The notes: generated by a model not told the origin, from the letters alone. A stretch of 64,000 nucleotides of DNA from an uncultured Ruminococcus sp. (GCA_964392175.1 CAYMOJ010000006.1:2080-66079); one strand, 5' to 3'. Counted from the stretch's first letter, positions 36,914 to 46,878 are shown. Numbers and translations are program-made.

Positions 36914-37822
36914 ATGGCTTTATTCGGAAGTTATCAGAACGCAGGCCCGGGCATCAATCCAAATGCCCCCAAAAAGAAACCTTTTTTCCGTTTTTGGGAG
37001 CTGCTTTGGCGTTCTCTCGGCAAACTGCTCAGCCTGAATATTTTGTACACGATGCTGCACATTCCGGTATTCGCAGCACTCATCGTCTACTTAGAAACAG
37101 ATAACAAGCTTACGGTGCCGTTTTCTGTTTTTTTGCTAATCTTGCAATTCATACTGGAAGGCCCCATTATGGCAGGCTGCACTCGTGTGCTGCGCCTGAT
37201 CGTGCTGGATAAGGCGTTCTTCCTCGGTGAGGAATTTAAGATCGGCTTTTTCAAGAATTTTGTGCCATCAATGCTCGTCTGGATTCTGGACGCCATTGTC
37301 ATTGCGTCGATTTCCTGCGGCTCTTACCTGTATCCAAATCTAGCAGAGCAATCCAATGCCAAATGGCCCTATGTGTTCTTCGTTATCACCATTGCCGTGG
37401 GACTCATCTTGCTGTTTATGAATTTCTACCTGTTCCCAATGATCGTGACCACTAAGCTCACAACCAAGGATGTCTTCAAAAACGCATTTATGCTTGCTTG
37501 CCTTTCGCCCAAGGCCTGCGTGATCACACTCGTTGGCACGGTGCTAATGCTTGCTATCACGATTCTGCTGATCATGGTGAACAGTCTGTTTATGGCTTTG
37601 CTGCCGTTTTTCCCTGCGGCATTCATCGGATATCTGGTGCTGTTTATGAACTACCCCGTCATTCAAAAGTATGTCATCAACCCCTACTACGAACAAACCG
37701 GTGAACAGAATCCCGAAGAGGACAAACCCGTTGACGAGGACGAACGCGTCTTCACCGACCGCGGCGGTACTGAAACACCCATCAAAAAAGAGAAAACCAA
37801 GCGTGGCAAAACAATTTCTTGA
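36914..37822 (+). CDS. YesL-like (DUF624) membrane protein
   Basis: N-terminal ...PKKKPFFRFWELLWRSLGKLLSLNILY followed by several TM helices resembles DUF624. Acidic/basic C-terminal tail. Confidence 0.45.
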   Translation: MALFGSYQNAGPGINPNAPKKKPFFRFWELLWRSLGKLLSLNILYTMLHIPVFAALIVYLETDNKLTVPFSVFLLILQFILEGPIMAGCTRVLRLIVLDKAFFLGEEFKIGFFKNFVPSMLVWILDAIVIASISCGSYLYPNLAEQSNAKWPYVFFVITIAVGLILLFMNFYLFPMIVTTKLTTKDVFKNAFMLACLSPKACVITLVGTVLMLAITILLIMVNSLFMALLPFFPAAFIGYLVLFMNYPVIQKYVINPYYEQTGEQNPEEDKPVDEDERVFTDRGGTETPIKKEKTKRGKTIS

Positions 37823-37839
37823 TACTGGCTATCAAAAGC

Positions 37840-37876
37840 AAACCTCTGTGTATCAGCCATACGCAGAGGTTTTTTA
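37840..37876 (+). terminator. Terminator between convergent genes
   Basis: 9-bp stem AAACCTCTG / CAGAGGTTT followed by TTTTT. Confidence 0.65.
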
Positions 37877-37883
37877 TATTATT

Positions 37884-39086
37884 TTACGATTCTGTCTGCT
37901 TATAAAGTGGGTACAAATCCAAAGAAGTACCATACGGATGTTCAATCTCTAATGCGTAGATCATACTGTTATAACCATCCAGTCCAAGTTCATTGTTGCA
38001 AACTTCTGCAGCATTTTCATCGCCTACTGCCAACCCAAACCGATGCTTTTCGACCGGCAACAATGCCTGCTGCTGTGCCTGTGTAAAAAACAAATAGATC
38101 GTACAATTGGTCGTTGCGGTAACATAAAACACATCTCCGGTAGAATACCATCCATCTGGGATATCCCAACTGCGATTATGTATGTTACCCTGCGTGATCA
38201 TGACTGCGGTATCGTCTACATCTGCACCATCAGGATATACCACACAGTACTGAAACGCACCGTCACAATCATGAAGATCAAATCGCCCTTTCCACGCTGC
38301 TTCGCCATTTTGAAAGCAACAATAGCTGAACACATAGGGTGCAGCCGTAGGATGCGTATACTTACTCAGATCTCCATTCACCGGGTAGTCCTCACTGCGG
38401 AACGATAAAAACCTCAGCCTGATGGGCTTGCCTTCAGTAGTCAGCAGCGTTTCGGGAATCTGCCAATCAGCATAAGTAGAAAAATCTATTCCGCCTATAT
38501 AGCAGCCCGCCAGATCTGCCCCCGAAAACGCCAACACTTCGCCAAGGTTGGTGCCATCATAATATACGTGCAGCAGATCTTCACACGCATCGCGCATTTC
38601 ATCGTTAAACACCGGCAAATGCAAAGTGCCAATTCCATAGCTGGAGTTCTCCCGCATTTCAACAAATCCTGTACCATTTGCACGAAAAATATCTTCCACT
38701 GCGGCATAAACAAGCTCATACTGATAATCATCGTAGCCAATATTCGTATCCAGATCATAATACACAAAGAGCGGGGTATCATTGTAGGTCATGTACACAC
38801 CGCCACGATTGGCTGGTACAGAACCAAAAAGCGATCCTTCTCGATCCTGCACGGTTTTGGTGACTTCTGCGACGAATCCATATTTTTCCTCAATATAGGC
38901 AACCGCCTTACTGTTGATGTTAGTAATAAAATTCTCGTATGCCTGCTCATTCGCCTCTTGCTTTTCCGCAATGGGAGCGACAATAAAATGAAAAACTGCC
39001 CAGACGATCAATCCACAAAGCAGCATCACAATACCAAACAATACCGTCAAAACGATCAGCGCATTTTTTACGCCTTTGGATAGCAT
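37884..39086 (-). CDS. Hypothetical membrane-anchored protein
   Basis: AAGGAGG RBS before the ATG at 39086. N-terminal TM anchor (ALIVLTVLFGIVMLLCGLIVWAV) and a ~360-aa extracytoplasmic part. No family recognised. Confidence 0.5.
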   Translation of the reverse strand: MLSKGVKNALIVLTVLFGIVMLLCGLIVWAVFHFIVAPIAEKQEANEQAYENFITNINSKAVAYIEEKYGFVAEVTKTVQDREGSLFGSVPANRGGVYMTYNDTPLFVYYDLDTNIGYDDYQYELVYAAVEDIFRANGTGFVEMRENSSYGIGTLHLPVFNDEMRDACEDLLHVYYDGTNLGEVLAFSGADLAGCYIGGIDFSTYADWQIPETLLTTEGKPIRLRFLSFRSEDYPVNGDLSKYTHPTAAPYVFSYCCFQNGEAAWKGRFDLHDCDGAFQYCVVYPDGADVDDTAVMITQGNIHNRSWDIPDGWYSTGDVFYVTATTNCTIYLFFTQAQQQALLPVEKHRFGLAVGDENAAEVCNNELGLDGYNSMIYALEIEHPYGTSLDLYPLYKQTES

Positions 39087-39225
39087 ATGCGTAACCTCCT
39101 TTTTTTCTATGATAACACATCTTCGAAAGGAAAGCAAGCGAAGTAACCGGATTGTAATCACTTGGTGTGGATTGTCATTTTTTGACACCGATCTGTAATC
39201 GCGGCTATCAGGCATAAAAAAGTAC

Positions 39226-39254
39226 TCGACATTTGCCGAAAACTATGCTATAAT
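39226..39254 (+). promoter_or_regulatory. Candidate promoter of the PAP2 gene
   Basis: TCGACA (39226-39231), 17 nt, TATAAT (39249-39254). Confidence 0.5.
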
Positions 39255-39287
39255 GGTATCTGCAATCGAAATATGGAGGTACACTAC

Positions 39288-39821
39288 ATGGCATGGGAAT
39301 TTGACATACTCAATTGGATACAAGAAAACTTGCGATGCGTTTTTTTGGACGCCGTACTACCAATCATTACCTTTTTGGGGAATGGAGGCTGGTTTTGGAT
39401 TGTTTTAACCCTAGTGGGCTTTTTCTCCCCAAAAACACGGAAATGCGCGTTGATTTCGGCATTTGCACTGATCTGCTGTTTGATATTTGGCAACCTGATC
39501 CTGAAACCCTGCGTTGCACGCATTCGCCCCTTTGATGTACAAACAAGCATCCGGCTGCTGATTGAAAAACCACACGACTATTCGTTCCCATCAGGGCACA
39601 CGCAAGCATCCTTCGCCACAGCCACTGCGATTTTCTTTCAAGATAAGCGTTGGGGCATCGCGGCATTGATACTGGCTGCACTGATTGCATTTTCGCGGAT
39701 GTATCTGTATGTACATTATCCCACGGATATTCTTGCAGGATTGCTATTCGGTGTCGGCTATGCGATTATCGGCAGATTGTTGATGGACTACATCTATAAA
39801 AAACGCGGTATTGCCGCCTAG
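39288..39821 (+). CDS. PAP2-family phosphatase (undecaprenyl-diphosphatase-like)
   Basis: KPCVARIRP, PSGHT and SRMYLYVHYPTD acid-phosphatase motifs. Multi-TM. Confidence 0.8.
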   Translation: MAWEFDILNWIQENLRCVFLDAVLPIITFLGNGGWFWIVLTLVGFFSPKTRKCALISAFALICCLIFGNLILKPCVARIRPFDVQTSIRLLIEKPHDYSFPSGHTQASFATATAIFFQDKRWGIAALILAALIAFSRMYLYVHYPTDILAGLLFGVGYAIIGRLLMDYIYKKRGIAA

Positions 39822-39834
39822 CATACCCAAACGC

Positions 39835-39871
39835 AAAGCGTGATGTACTTTTCCCGTACATCACGCTTTTT
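39835..39871 (+). terminator. Intrinsic terminator of the PAP2 gene
   Basis: 14-bp stem AAAGCGTGATGTAC / GTACATCACGCTTT followed by Ts. Confidence 0.8.
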
Positions 39872-39987
39872 GCTGCGCAATGCGTCTCCCATATAGCAAA
39901 ACATGAAATTACTGTGAAAGCCCACAAATTCACTGTAAACATGGTATAATAAGTATAAACCGATGCATTACAAAGGAGGCATAGCAA

Positions 39988-41376
39988 ATGTCATCAGGAT
40001 GTACGCAAATAGAACAGATTCTTTCCGCTCAAAGAGCTTATTATCACAGCGGATCGACTTTGCCGATAAGCTTTCGCATTGCACAACTTCAGTGCTTGTA
40101 TCGAGAAATCACTGCCAGAGAGTCGGAGATCGCTGCTGCATTGCAAGAGGACCTGGGGAAACACAGCCTTGAAAGCTATATGTGCGAAATCGGTCTCACA
40201 CTCTCGGAGATCAACTATATGATAAAGCACTGTCGCCGCTTTGCAAAGCCGAAAAGAGTGCCCTCTCCCCTTTCGCAATTTGCTGCAAGCAGTTTTATCC
40301 GGCCAACACCCTACGGCAATACTTTGATCATTAGCCCATGGAACTATCCTTTTTTGCTGACCATGGAACCTCTGGTAGATGCCATTGCAGCCGGAAACAC
40401 GGCAATCATCAAACCAAGTGCATATGCGCCTGCTACCGCCGCTGTTGTGCGCTCTGTCATAGAAGCCTGCTTTGCCCCTGAATATGTCGCGGTCGTCATC
40501 GGTGGAAGAGCAGAAAACACCGCTTTGCTGCAACAAAAATTTGATTTTGTATTCTTTACGGGTAGCCAAGCTGTGGGTAAAGAAGTGCTACGTCATACAG
40601 CAGAGCATCTTACACCTGCCGTTTTGGAATTAGGAGGCAAAAGCCCTTGCATCGTTGATGAAACCGCAAAGATCCAGCTGGCAGCCAAACGCATTGTATT
40701 CGGAAAATACCTCAACTGTGGACAAACCTGTGTAGCACCCGATTACATCCTCTGCCATGAACACGTCAAAACAGAACTGCTACAAGCCATCTGTGCAGAG
40801 ATTGAGAAACAGCTTGGTGCAGATCCACTGCACAATCCTGAGTATGGAAAGATCATCAACGAAAAGCATTTTGAGCGCCTGCTGTCACTAATGGATCAAA
40901 AAAAGATCATACTCGGTGGACAGTATTGCAAAACCACGCTCCAAATTGCACCTACTGTAATGGATCACATTTCTTTTGACGATGCCGTGATGCAAGAGGA
41001 GATTTTCGGCCCCATTCTGCCAATTCTCACTTACCAACAAACCGAACAAATCTACGAAATGCTTGCAAACAGACCCAAGCCCCTTGCACTGTATCTGTTT
41101 ACCGAAAACAAACAGCAAATGAAAACGCTCACTGAAAAGCTACAATTCGGTGGTGGCTGCATCAACGATACTGTCATTCATCTTGCAACAAACAAATTGC
41201 CCTTTGGTGGTGTGGGCGAAAGCGGTATGGGAACATATCACGGCAAGTTTGGTTTTGATACGTTTTCGCACCGAAAAGCCATCGTCAACAAGAAAACATG
41301 GCTGGATCTTCCCTTGCGATACCATCCATACAGTAAACCGTATAAAGATAAATTGGTACGCCGTTTTTTACGGTAG
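39988..41376 (+). CDS. Aldehyde dehydrogenase (ALDH3-like, NAD(P)+)
   Basis: 462 aa. ELGGKSP and catalytic-Cys region NCGQTCVAPDY, EEIFGP. AAAGGAGG RBS. Confidence 0.85.
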   Translation: MSSGCTQIEQILSAQRAYYHSGSTLPISFRIAQLQCLYREITARESEIAAALQEDLGKHSLESYMCEIGLTLSEINYMIKHCRRFAKPKRVPSPLSQFAASSFIRPTPYGNTLIISPWNYPFLLTMEPLVDAIAAGNTAIIKPSAYAPATAAVVRSVIEACFAPEYVAVVIGGRAENTALLQQKFDFVFFTGSQAVGKEVLRHTAEHLTPAVLELGGKSPCIVDETAKIQLAAKRIVFGKYLNCGQTCVAPDYILCHEHVKTELLQAICAEIEKQLGADPLHNPEYGKIINEKHFERLLSLMDQKKIILGGQYCKTTLQIAPTVMDHISFDDAVMQEEIFGPILPILTYQQTEQIYEMLANRPKPLALYLFTENKQQMKTLTEKLQFGGGCINDTVIHLATNKLPFGGVGESGMGTYHGKFGFDTFSHRKAIVNKKTWLDLPLRYHPYSKPYKDKLVRRFLR

Positions 41377-41430
41377 CGCACGTCGAATATTGTCGAATAT
41401 TAAATCTTTGTAAATTGTTATCATATTCCA

Positions 41431-41459
41431 TTGACTGGCATCGGAAATTGTAGTATACT
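41431..41459 (+). promoter_or_regulatory. Candidate promoter of the secreted hypothetical gene
   Basis: TTGACT (41431-41436), 17 nt, TATACT (41454-41459). Confidence 0.5.
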
Positions 41460-41536
41460 TTCAGCAAGAGGTATTCGTCTGCAACACTGCAACGAGTATT
41501 TCGGAAAAATCTATTATAATGAAAGGAAAATGTATC

Positions 41537-42004
41537 ATGAAGAAATCCAAACTGTTTGCAATGCTGACCGCCACTATGCTCTTTGCAATGATGCCGTTGC
41601 AAGTAACCGCCGCAGAGATGTCCACCGAGGAAACCGCTGTCGTAGAAGAAGCTGAGACCCTTTCCAGTAATCTGATTGGCACCTATACGCTGAATGCCTA
41701 TTATGGCTATAATACGTTGATGTTAGATACTACCATTTGCGCCTTTGAAGAGATGGCAAAACTCGGCTTGATTGACATTGTTGTACAGCACAGTTCGGAC
41801 AAAATGAATTGGGTGGATGAAGTTGAAGTAGACGACATGATCAACGAGGATGCCTATTACTTCTCCGTCAAGGGGTACGGCATACCGGTAATCAGCGGTT
41901 ATTATTACCGCATTAAGGTCACCCTCTATGCCAAAGAGCATGGATGGTTCTTCCCGGACACACACAAGATCAACGTCACCTCTAGCTATGTCTGGATTGG
42001 TTGA
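41537..42004 (+). CDS. Hypothetical secreted protein
   Basis: Signal peptide MKKSKLFAMLTATMLFAMMPLQVTAAE. About 130-aa Tyr-rich mature part. No family recognised. Confidence 0.5.
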   Translation: MKKSKLFAMLTATMLFAMMPLQVTAAEMSTEETAVVEEAETLSSNLIGTYTLNAYYGYNTLMLDTTICAFEEMAKLGLIDIVVQHSSDKMNWVDEVEVDDMINEDAYYFSVKGYGIPVISGYYYRIKVTLYAKEHGWFFPDTHKINVTSSYVWIG

Positions 42005-42019
42005 TAGAACAATCACCGC

Positions 42020-42053
42020 GCAGCCACCGAAAATTTCGGTGGCTGCTTTTGTT
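42020..42053. terminator. Terminator between convergent genes
   Basis: 10-bp stem GCAGCCACCG / CGGTGGCTGC, 7-nt loop, followed by TTTTGTT. Confidence 0.75.
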
Positions 42054-42086
42054 GCCGGGAACAATCATTCTGCAAGATCATACTTG

Positions 42087-42368
42087 TTACAGAAAAAGCA
42101 TTTGGATGGCTAACAGCAATAGCACCCCCGGCACGCCCAATACAACAGCTGTGCCGATATATAATACATTCAACGGCAAAAAACAGCCGATCGTTTCGCC
42201 AAAAAAGTTGCAGACCAACAGTGCACCCAGCCCCATCACACTGCTGAGCAAAAGCGTGCGCAAGGCATGACGATATCGAAAAATCGCCCATAGCATCATG
42301 ATCAGAGAAAAGGCAGCAAAAACACGCAATAGCAATTCCGGAGGAAATCGTTCCATAAGCTTGTCCAA
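42087..42368 (-). CDS. BofA-like pro-sigma-K processing inhibitor family membrane protein
   Basis: GLGALLVCNFFGETIGCFLPLNVLYIGTAVVLGVPGVLLL resembles the B. subtilis BofA core (..VNMFGG..G..VPIN......G.LG.PG). Confidence 0.55.
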   Translation of the reverse strand: MDKLMERFPPELLLRVFAAFSLIMMLWAIFRYRHALRTLLLSSVMGLGALLVCNFFGETIGCFLPLNVLYIGTAVVLGVPGVLLLLAIQMLFL

Positions 42369-42380
42369 AATATCGCCCCT

Positions 42381-42686
42381 TTATAGTATAATATACGCCA
42401 GTGCCAACAGCAACCGACGATCTTTTTGTTCTTTAGAAAGCAACAGTAGCACAGCCAAAATCAATAAGGTATCGCTATCAATATTTTGCAGCAATGACCG
42501 CAACGGATTGAGATCTTGTGTGGTGATGGCTGGTTTGGGAACAGGTGGTGGCGCAGCAGCCTTCGATTGATTTGGCTCCTCGATGGGTTGCAGCGCCTGC
42601 CCTGTCGGTCGCAGCGGTTGTTGATTTTGCCGCATCGGTCTTGGCCCTTGAAAGGGAAACTGCTGCCGTGGTGGCATTGCCATCAC
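42381..42686 (-). CDS. Hypothetical Pro/Gln-rich protein with a C-terminal hydrophobic segment
   Basis: 101 aa. P/Q-rich N-terminal half, then DSDTLLILAVLLLLSKE...LLLALAYIIL. Only 12 nt from the downstream gene. Confidence 0.4.
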   Translation of the reverse strand: MMAMPPRQQFPFQGPRPMRQNQQPLRPTGQALQPIEEPNQSKAAAPPPVPKPAITTQDLNPLRSLLQNIDSDTLLILAVLLLLSKEQKDRRLLLALAYIIL

Positions 42687-42710
42687 CTCCTCCTTGAGAA
42701 TCTGTCGATG

Positions 42711-43082
42711 CTACAAAATATCCGTCAGATCATTGAGCAAGCCTTTTTCTTTCAGTGACAAAAACACACTGTACAATCGAAGCAGCTTTACAGCACGGTC
42801 AACACGCTTGCTACGCTGTTCACTCAGATAGGGCTTCAATGCAAGTAAAAGCTGCGTTTCGGAATCCTGTTCCTGCATCTGCGAAAAGATCTCGCCTAGT
42901 AACAACAGCTTGGAAAAATCAAAGCCATTGTCGCTGACAGTATCGGTGTTGTCCGCCTGTGACGAATCAGCATGAGCGGTTTCTTCTCCGTTGCCTTGCA
43001 ACATAGCTGCCAATTCTGCCAGATTTTGCATACTCTCAGGATCCGAAAGCAGCGATTGCAGCTTTTCGGAAAGGTCATCCAC
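42711..43082 (-). CDS. Hypothetical acidic protein
   Basis: 123 aa. Acidic, helical-looking. LLLALKPYLSEQRSKRVDRAVKLLRL motif. No family recognised. Confidence 0.45.
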   Translation of the reverse strand: MDDLSEKLQSLLSDPESMQNLAELAAMLQGNGEETAHADSSQADNTDTVSDNGFDFSKLLLLGEIFSQMQEQDSETQLLLALKPYLSEQRSKRVDRAVKLLRLYSVFLSLKEKGLLNDLTDIL

Positions 43083-43112
43083 AATCGCCGCCTCCCTTCC
43101 TGATCGCTTGGG

Positions 43113-43358
43113 TCAATGTTTCAGTTTTTCATACAATGCTTTTGCCTGCTGACTGTTCATCATCTGTTGCACTCGCTGCGGATTTGCAAGCAACTGCTGA
43201 AATGCAGCTGCATCCTTGGGTTTCATGCTTGCCAGTGCAGCATCGAACTTGCCTGCTTTCAACTCCGCTTTGAGCGTTTCAGCCGGCACACCCAGTTTTT
43301 TGCTGACTGCTTGCAGCAATGCGTCCAATTGGGGCGAATCTTTGGGTCTTTGTACCAT
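43113..43358 (-). CDS. Hypothetical small helical protein
   Basis: 81 aa. First gene of a tightly spaced four-gene minus-strand cluster. GGAGAC-type RBS. Confidence 0.45.
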   Translation of the reverse strand: MVQRPKDSPQLDALLQAVSKKLGVPAETLKAELKAGKFDAALASMKPKDAAAFQQLLANPQRVQQMMNSQQAKALYEKLKH

Positions 43359-43387
43359 AAAAAGGTCTCCTTTCGCGCAAAAAAGAA

Positions 43388-43416
43388 TTGACGGTGTTCT
43401 ATTTTTATGCTATAAT
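43388..43416 (+). promoter_or_regulatory. Candidate promoter of yfcE-like gene
   Basis: TTGACG (43388-43393), 17 nt, TATAAT (43411-43416). Confidence 0.55.
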
Positions 43417-43448
43417 ACAGAAAAACAGAACGGGAGGTTCAAACAACC

Positions 43449-43937
43449 ATGCGAATTTTGGCGATCTCCGATACCCATGGTAACATCAATGCAGTGGAAA
43501 AGGTGTTCTTGCTGCATCCGGAGGCAGATCTGTACATTCACTGCGGCGATGGTGAACGGGAACTCAACAGCTTCCTTATGGCATATCCCGAATATACAGG
43601 GCGCACTTATCATGTAAAAGGCAATTGTGATTTTTCAAGTACCTCCCCCACAGAATTGGTACTGGAATTGGAAAATGGTCACCGTCTGTTTGCAGTGCAT
43701 GGACATATACATCTCATGGCAAACGATGGTTTCCTGTACCGTTATGCAGAAAAAGCAGGTGCAGATCTTGCCATATTTGGGCATTTGCACTGCCGATATG
43801 ATCGTATAGAGCAGGGAGTACACATCGTATCCCCCGGCAGTGCTGCGCAACCCCGTGATGGTCAACCGGCTGCTTATGCACTGATCGATCTGGTGGGGAA
43901 TCAGTATGTTGTCAGCCATGGTGATGTGCCACTGTAA
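43449..43937 (+). CDS. YfcE/MJ0936-family metallophosphoesterase
   Basis: ISDTHGN, CGDGE, GNCD, VHGH and GHLH metallophosphatase motifs. Confidence 0.8.
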   Translation: MRILAISDTHGNINAVEKVFLLHPEADLYIHCGDGERELNSFLMAYPEYTGRTYHVKGNCDFSSTSPTELVLELENGHRLFAVHGHIHLMANDGFLYRYAEKAGADLAIFGHLHCRYDRIEQGVHIVSPGSAAQPRDGQPAAYALIDLVGNQYVVSHGDVPL

Positions 43938-44094
43938 TGTATCATATGCAGCAGATGGAGCAAATGTGTCCGCCTCTGCGATGAAAAAACAGGAAAAGTC
44001 CTTTCTTTTTGGCTGGGACTATGCTATAATACTATGGTAAAGATAAGGCGGTATGTGACAACCGCTTGAAATAATCATATAAGGAGTGTTTCTC

Positions 44095-45603
44095 ATGCGA
44101 GTAGCCGCAGTTTTCAGCAATGATATGGTATTGCAGCGCGAAAAGCGCATCGCAGTATGGGGCGAGGCAACAAACGATGAACCAATTTCTGTGCAATTTG
44201 GCGGGCATACCGTATCCACCGTTGCAGTCGATGGCAAATGGCAGGTATTCTTACCACCCATGGCAGCCACAACGAATCTGCAAATGGTGGTGACAGGTGC
44301 ACAGGATACCGTTACTTTCTCCAATGTTGCAGTAGGCGAGGTCTGGCTATGTGGCGGTCAGAGCAACATGGAGTTTGAAATTCATAGTGAGAAAAACGGT
44401 GAGGCACTGCTGCAATCGCTGACCCCTGATTGCGGTGTACGATTCTACTATACCCCCAAGCAGAGCATCAAGGACGAGCATTTTGATGCAACCGAACGCA
44501 ACACCTGCTGGTCGGAAGCAACTCCGGAAAGCGCAAGGGCATGGTCGGCAGTGGGCTTATATTTTGCGCTACGCATTGCCAAAGAGCTGGGCATTACGGT
44601 GGGTCTCATCGGCTGCAACTGGGGCGGTACGTCTGCCACAGCATGGATCCCTCGCAGCACCATTGAACAACACACAGCATTGCTCCCCTACCTGGTGGAA
44701 TACGACAAAGCAATGGAAGGCAAAACGCTTGAGGAACATATCAAAGAATATGATGAATATATTGTCTACCAAGATGCATGGAATGTGCGCTGCGGACAGT
44801 GCTATGCCGATGAACCGGGCTGCTCATGGGAAAGAGTGCTGGAAGTCTGCGGTGAATCAAAATTTCCCGGCCCCATGGGGCCAAAAAACGAATACCGTCC
44901 CGGCGGTATATACGAGACCATGCTGCAACGCGTCTGCCCCTACACGCTGCGTGGATTTTTGTATTATCAGGGTGAATCGGATGATCACCGCCCTGACACC
45001 TACGAGGAGCTGCTTACAGCACTGGTGCATCAATGGCGCGATGACTGGAACGATGAAAATCTCTACTTTCTCAATGTACAGCTGCCCATGTTCAAATATG
45101 CATATGATCCGGATTATCAGCATTGGTGCAAAATCCGCGAGGCACAAGCAAATGTGTATCACGATTTGCGTAACACGGGACTTGCTGTGCTGACAGACTG
45201 CGGCGAGTTGGATAACATCCACCCTACTGATAAGGAACCCGTTGGTGAACGTCTTGCATTGCAAGCATTGTATATGGTCTATCATCGCGTACGGGAAACC
45301 GAAGCCTGCGCACCCATGTACCACGACAGCTACACAATGGGTAATACCATGGTACTGCACATCAACCATGCGGCAGAGGGCTTTTTGCTGAAAGGCGAGC
45401 CCATCGGCTTTGAAATTGCAGGCGCAGACGGTGTTTATCACAGGGCAAGGGCTGTGCTTACCGCCAACTGTATTATCCTAACGGCGGATGCAGTTCCATC
45501 CCCCCTGTATGCAAGATACGCATGGTCGAACTACATGATACCCACGGTATTCGGCGCAAACGGATTACCGCTTGCCCCCTTCCGCACTGACAAAGCACAC
45601 TGA
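44095..45603 (+). CDS. Sialate O-acetylesterase-like (SASA/DUF303) carbohydrate esterase
   Basis: FSNDMVLQREKRIAVWG and VWLCGGQSNMEF motifs. No signal peptide. The ATG at 44095 is 8 nt after AAGGAG. Confidence 0.72.
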   Translation: MRVAAVFSNDMVLQREKRIAVWGEATNDEPISVQFGGHTVSTVAVDGKWQVFLPPMAATTNLQMVVTGAQDTVTFSNVAVGEVWLCGGQSNMEFEIHSEKNGEALLQSLTPDCGVRFYYTPKQSIKDEHFDATERNTCWSEATPESARAWSAVGLYFALRIAKELGITVGLIGCNWGGTSATAWIPRSTIEQHTALLPYLVEYDKAMEGKTLEEHIKEYDEYIVYQDAWNVRCGQCYADEPGCSWERVLEVCGESKFPGPMGPKNEYRPGGIYETMLQRVCPYTLRGFLYYQGESDDHRPDTYEELLTALVHQWRDDWNDENLYFLNVQLPMFKYAYDPDYQHWCKIREAQANVYHDLRNTGLAVLTDCGELDNIHPTDKEPVGERLALQALYMVYHRVRETEACAPMYHDSYTMGNTMVLHINHAAEGFLLKGEPIGFEIAGADGVYHRARAVLTANCIILTADAVPSPLYARYAWSNYMIPTVFGANGLPLAPFRTDKAH

Positions 45604-45607
45604 ACTC

Positions 45608-45640
45608 AAGCGGTATCCTCATAAATAGGATACCGCTTTT
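45608..45640 (+). terminator. Intrinsic terminator of the esterase gene
   Basis: 12-bp stem AAGCGGTATCCT / AGGATACCGCTT followed by TTGCTG. Confidence 0.7.
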
Positions 45641-45663
45641 GCTGCCATCTGTTTGACCCAATC

Positions 45664-45692
45664 TTGACAAACATGGGCTGTTGTGATATACT
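45664..45692 (+). promoter_or_regulatory. Candidate promoter of DUF4317-ahcY
   Basis: TTGACA (45664-45669), 17 nt, TATACT (45687-45692) with a TG extended -10. Confidence 0.6.
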
Positions 45693-45735
45693 TGATATAT
45701 TGAAATAACACACAGTTCAGAACAGGAGATTATAA

Positions 45736-46878
45736 ATGAATCGCAAAGAAATGACCGAGATCCGCAACCACTTTGGTGCGGAAGCCAAGTATTTTTCCAT
45801 GGAGCAAGTGCTCACTGCGCTCATCGATGTCAAAGGGGATGTGCGCGGTATGCGTCTACGCCCCTATCATAAGATTACGGAGCAGGAAACCGATATTCTC
45901 TTTGCCACCATGAAAAAAGTGTTGTGCCCTGCAATTGGAAAATCCACCGCAGAACTGGCGTTTCGCAATGCTGCGTTTGCCGAAGGCTCGCCACAGGATA
46001 TACTGAATACATTGCTTCGTTCTGAGCTGAAGGATGAGGAAACCGCGTTGTCTTTCCTCACCAAGCTTTCGGAAACCGTTTTTGCCGATGAACCATTCGC
46101 AGTACTTGCCGCCTACTGTCAATACTCTGCGCCAAAGAAAACAAAAATGGACGAGTTAGACGAAGAAAACAATGACCACATTTACCGCTATATTGTGGTT
46201 GCACTTTGCCCTGTTGGCTCTGCGGAAAGTACTCTGGCATACAGCAGCTTTGATGACGAGATCTTTCGACAAGAAAGCAAGGATGCCATTATCGGCAAAG
46301 CACCGCAAGATGGCTTTCTGTTTCCAGCATTCAGTGATCGTACTGCCGATGTCAATCATGTGATGTACTACACCAAAACACCCAATACGCCCAACGACAA
46401 GTTGGTAGAAGAATTTCTCGGTTGTGAAACCGAAGCAACCATTGACGAGGAACAGGGCAGCATGAAGCAAGTGATGCAGCAGCTTCTGGGGGATGACCTC
46501 ACCTATGAGGCAGTGGCAACTGTTAACGAAAAACTAGAGCAGATCGTTGCAAAAAATAAAAGCGATGAAGCTCCCACAGAAATCACGGGGCATATTTTGC
46601 ACCGTATGCTGCAAGATGCAGGCGTGCCGGAAGATAAACTGGAACGCACCGAGGAAGTGTTCAAGGAATGCGTGGAATCAACCTTGAAGCCTGAACGATT
46701 GGTACAGCCAAAAACGATTATTCGTACTCCTGAAATCGTGGTGAATGTAAAAAATGATGCCAAGGATAAGGTGCGATTGGAAACAGTAAACGGCAGGCAC
46801 TGCATGGTCATTGCACTGGATGAAGCAGTCATCGAAGTCAACGGCTATGAACTGAAAGTGCCCGGCATGACCGAATAA
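45736..46878 (+). CDS. DUF4317-like protein
   Basis: 380 aa. MNRKEMTEIRNHF start and the GFLFPAFSDRTADVNHVMYYTK motif match my recollection of DUF4317. Confidence 0.55.
   Translation: MNRKEMTEIRNHFGAEAKYFSMEQVLTALIDVKGDVRGMRLRPYHKITEQETDILFATMKKVLCPAIGKSTAELAFRNAAFAEGSPQDILNTLLRSELKDEETALSFLTKLSETVFADEPFAVLAAYCQYSAPKKTKMDELDEENNDHIYRYIVVALCPVGSAESTLAYSSFDDEIFRQESKDAIIGKAPQDGFLFPAFSDRTADVNHVMYYTKTPNTPNDKLVEEFLGCETEATIDEEQGSMKQVMQQLLGDDLTYEAVATVNEKLEQIVAKNKSDEAPTEITGHILHRMLQDAGVPEDKLERTEEVFKECVESTLKPERLVQPKTIIRTPEIVVNVKNDAKDKVRLETVNGRHCMVIALDEAVIEVNGYELKVPGMTE

Noticed and set aside
41382-41401. Tandem GTCGAATATT x2 downstream of the aldehyde dehydrogenase gene
   Set aside because: There are only two 10-nt copies, with no array structure. 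This is not a CRISPR or a meaningful repeat, and could at most be a minor operator.
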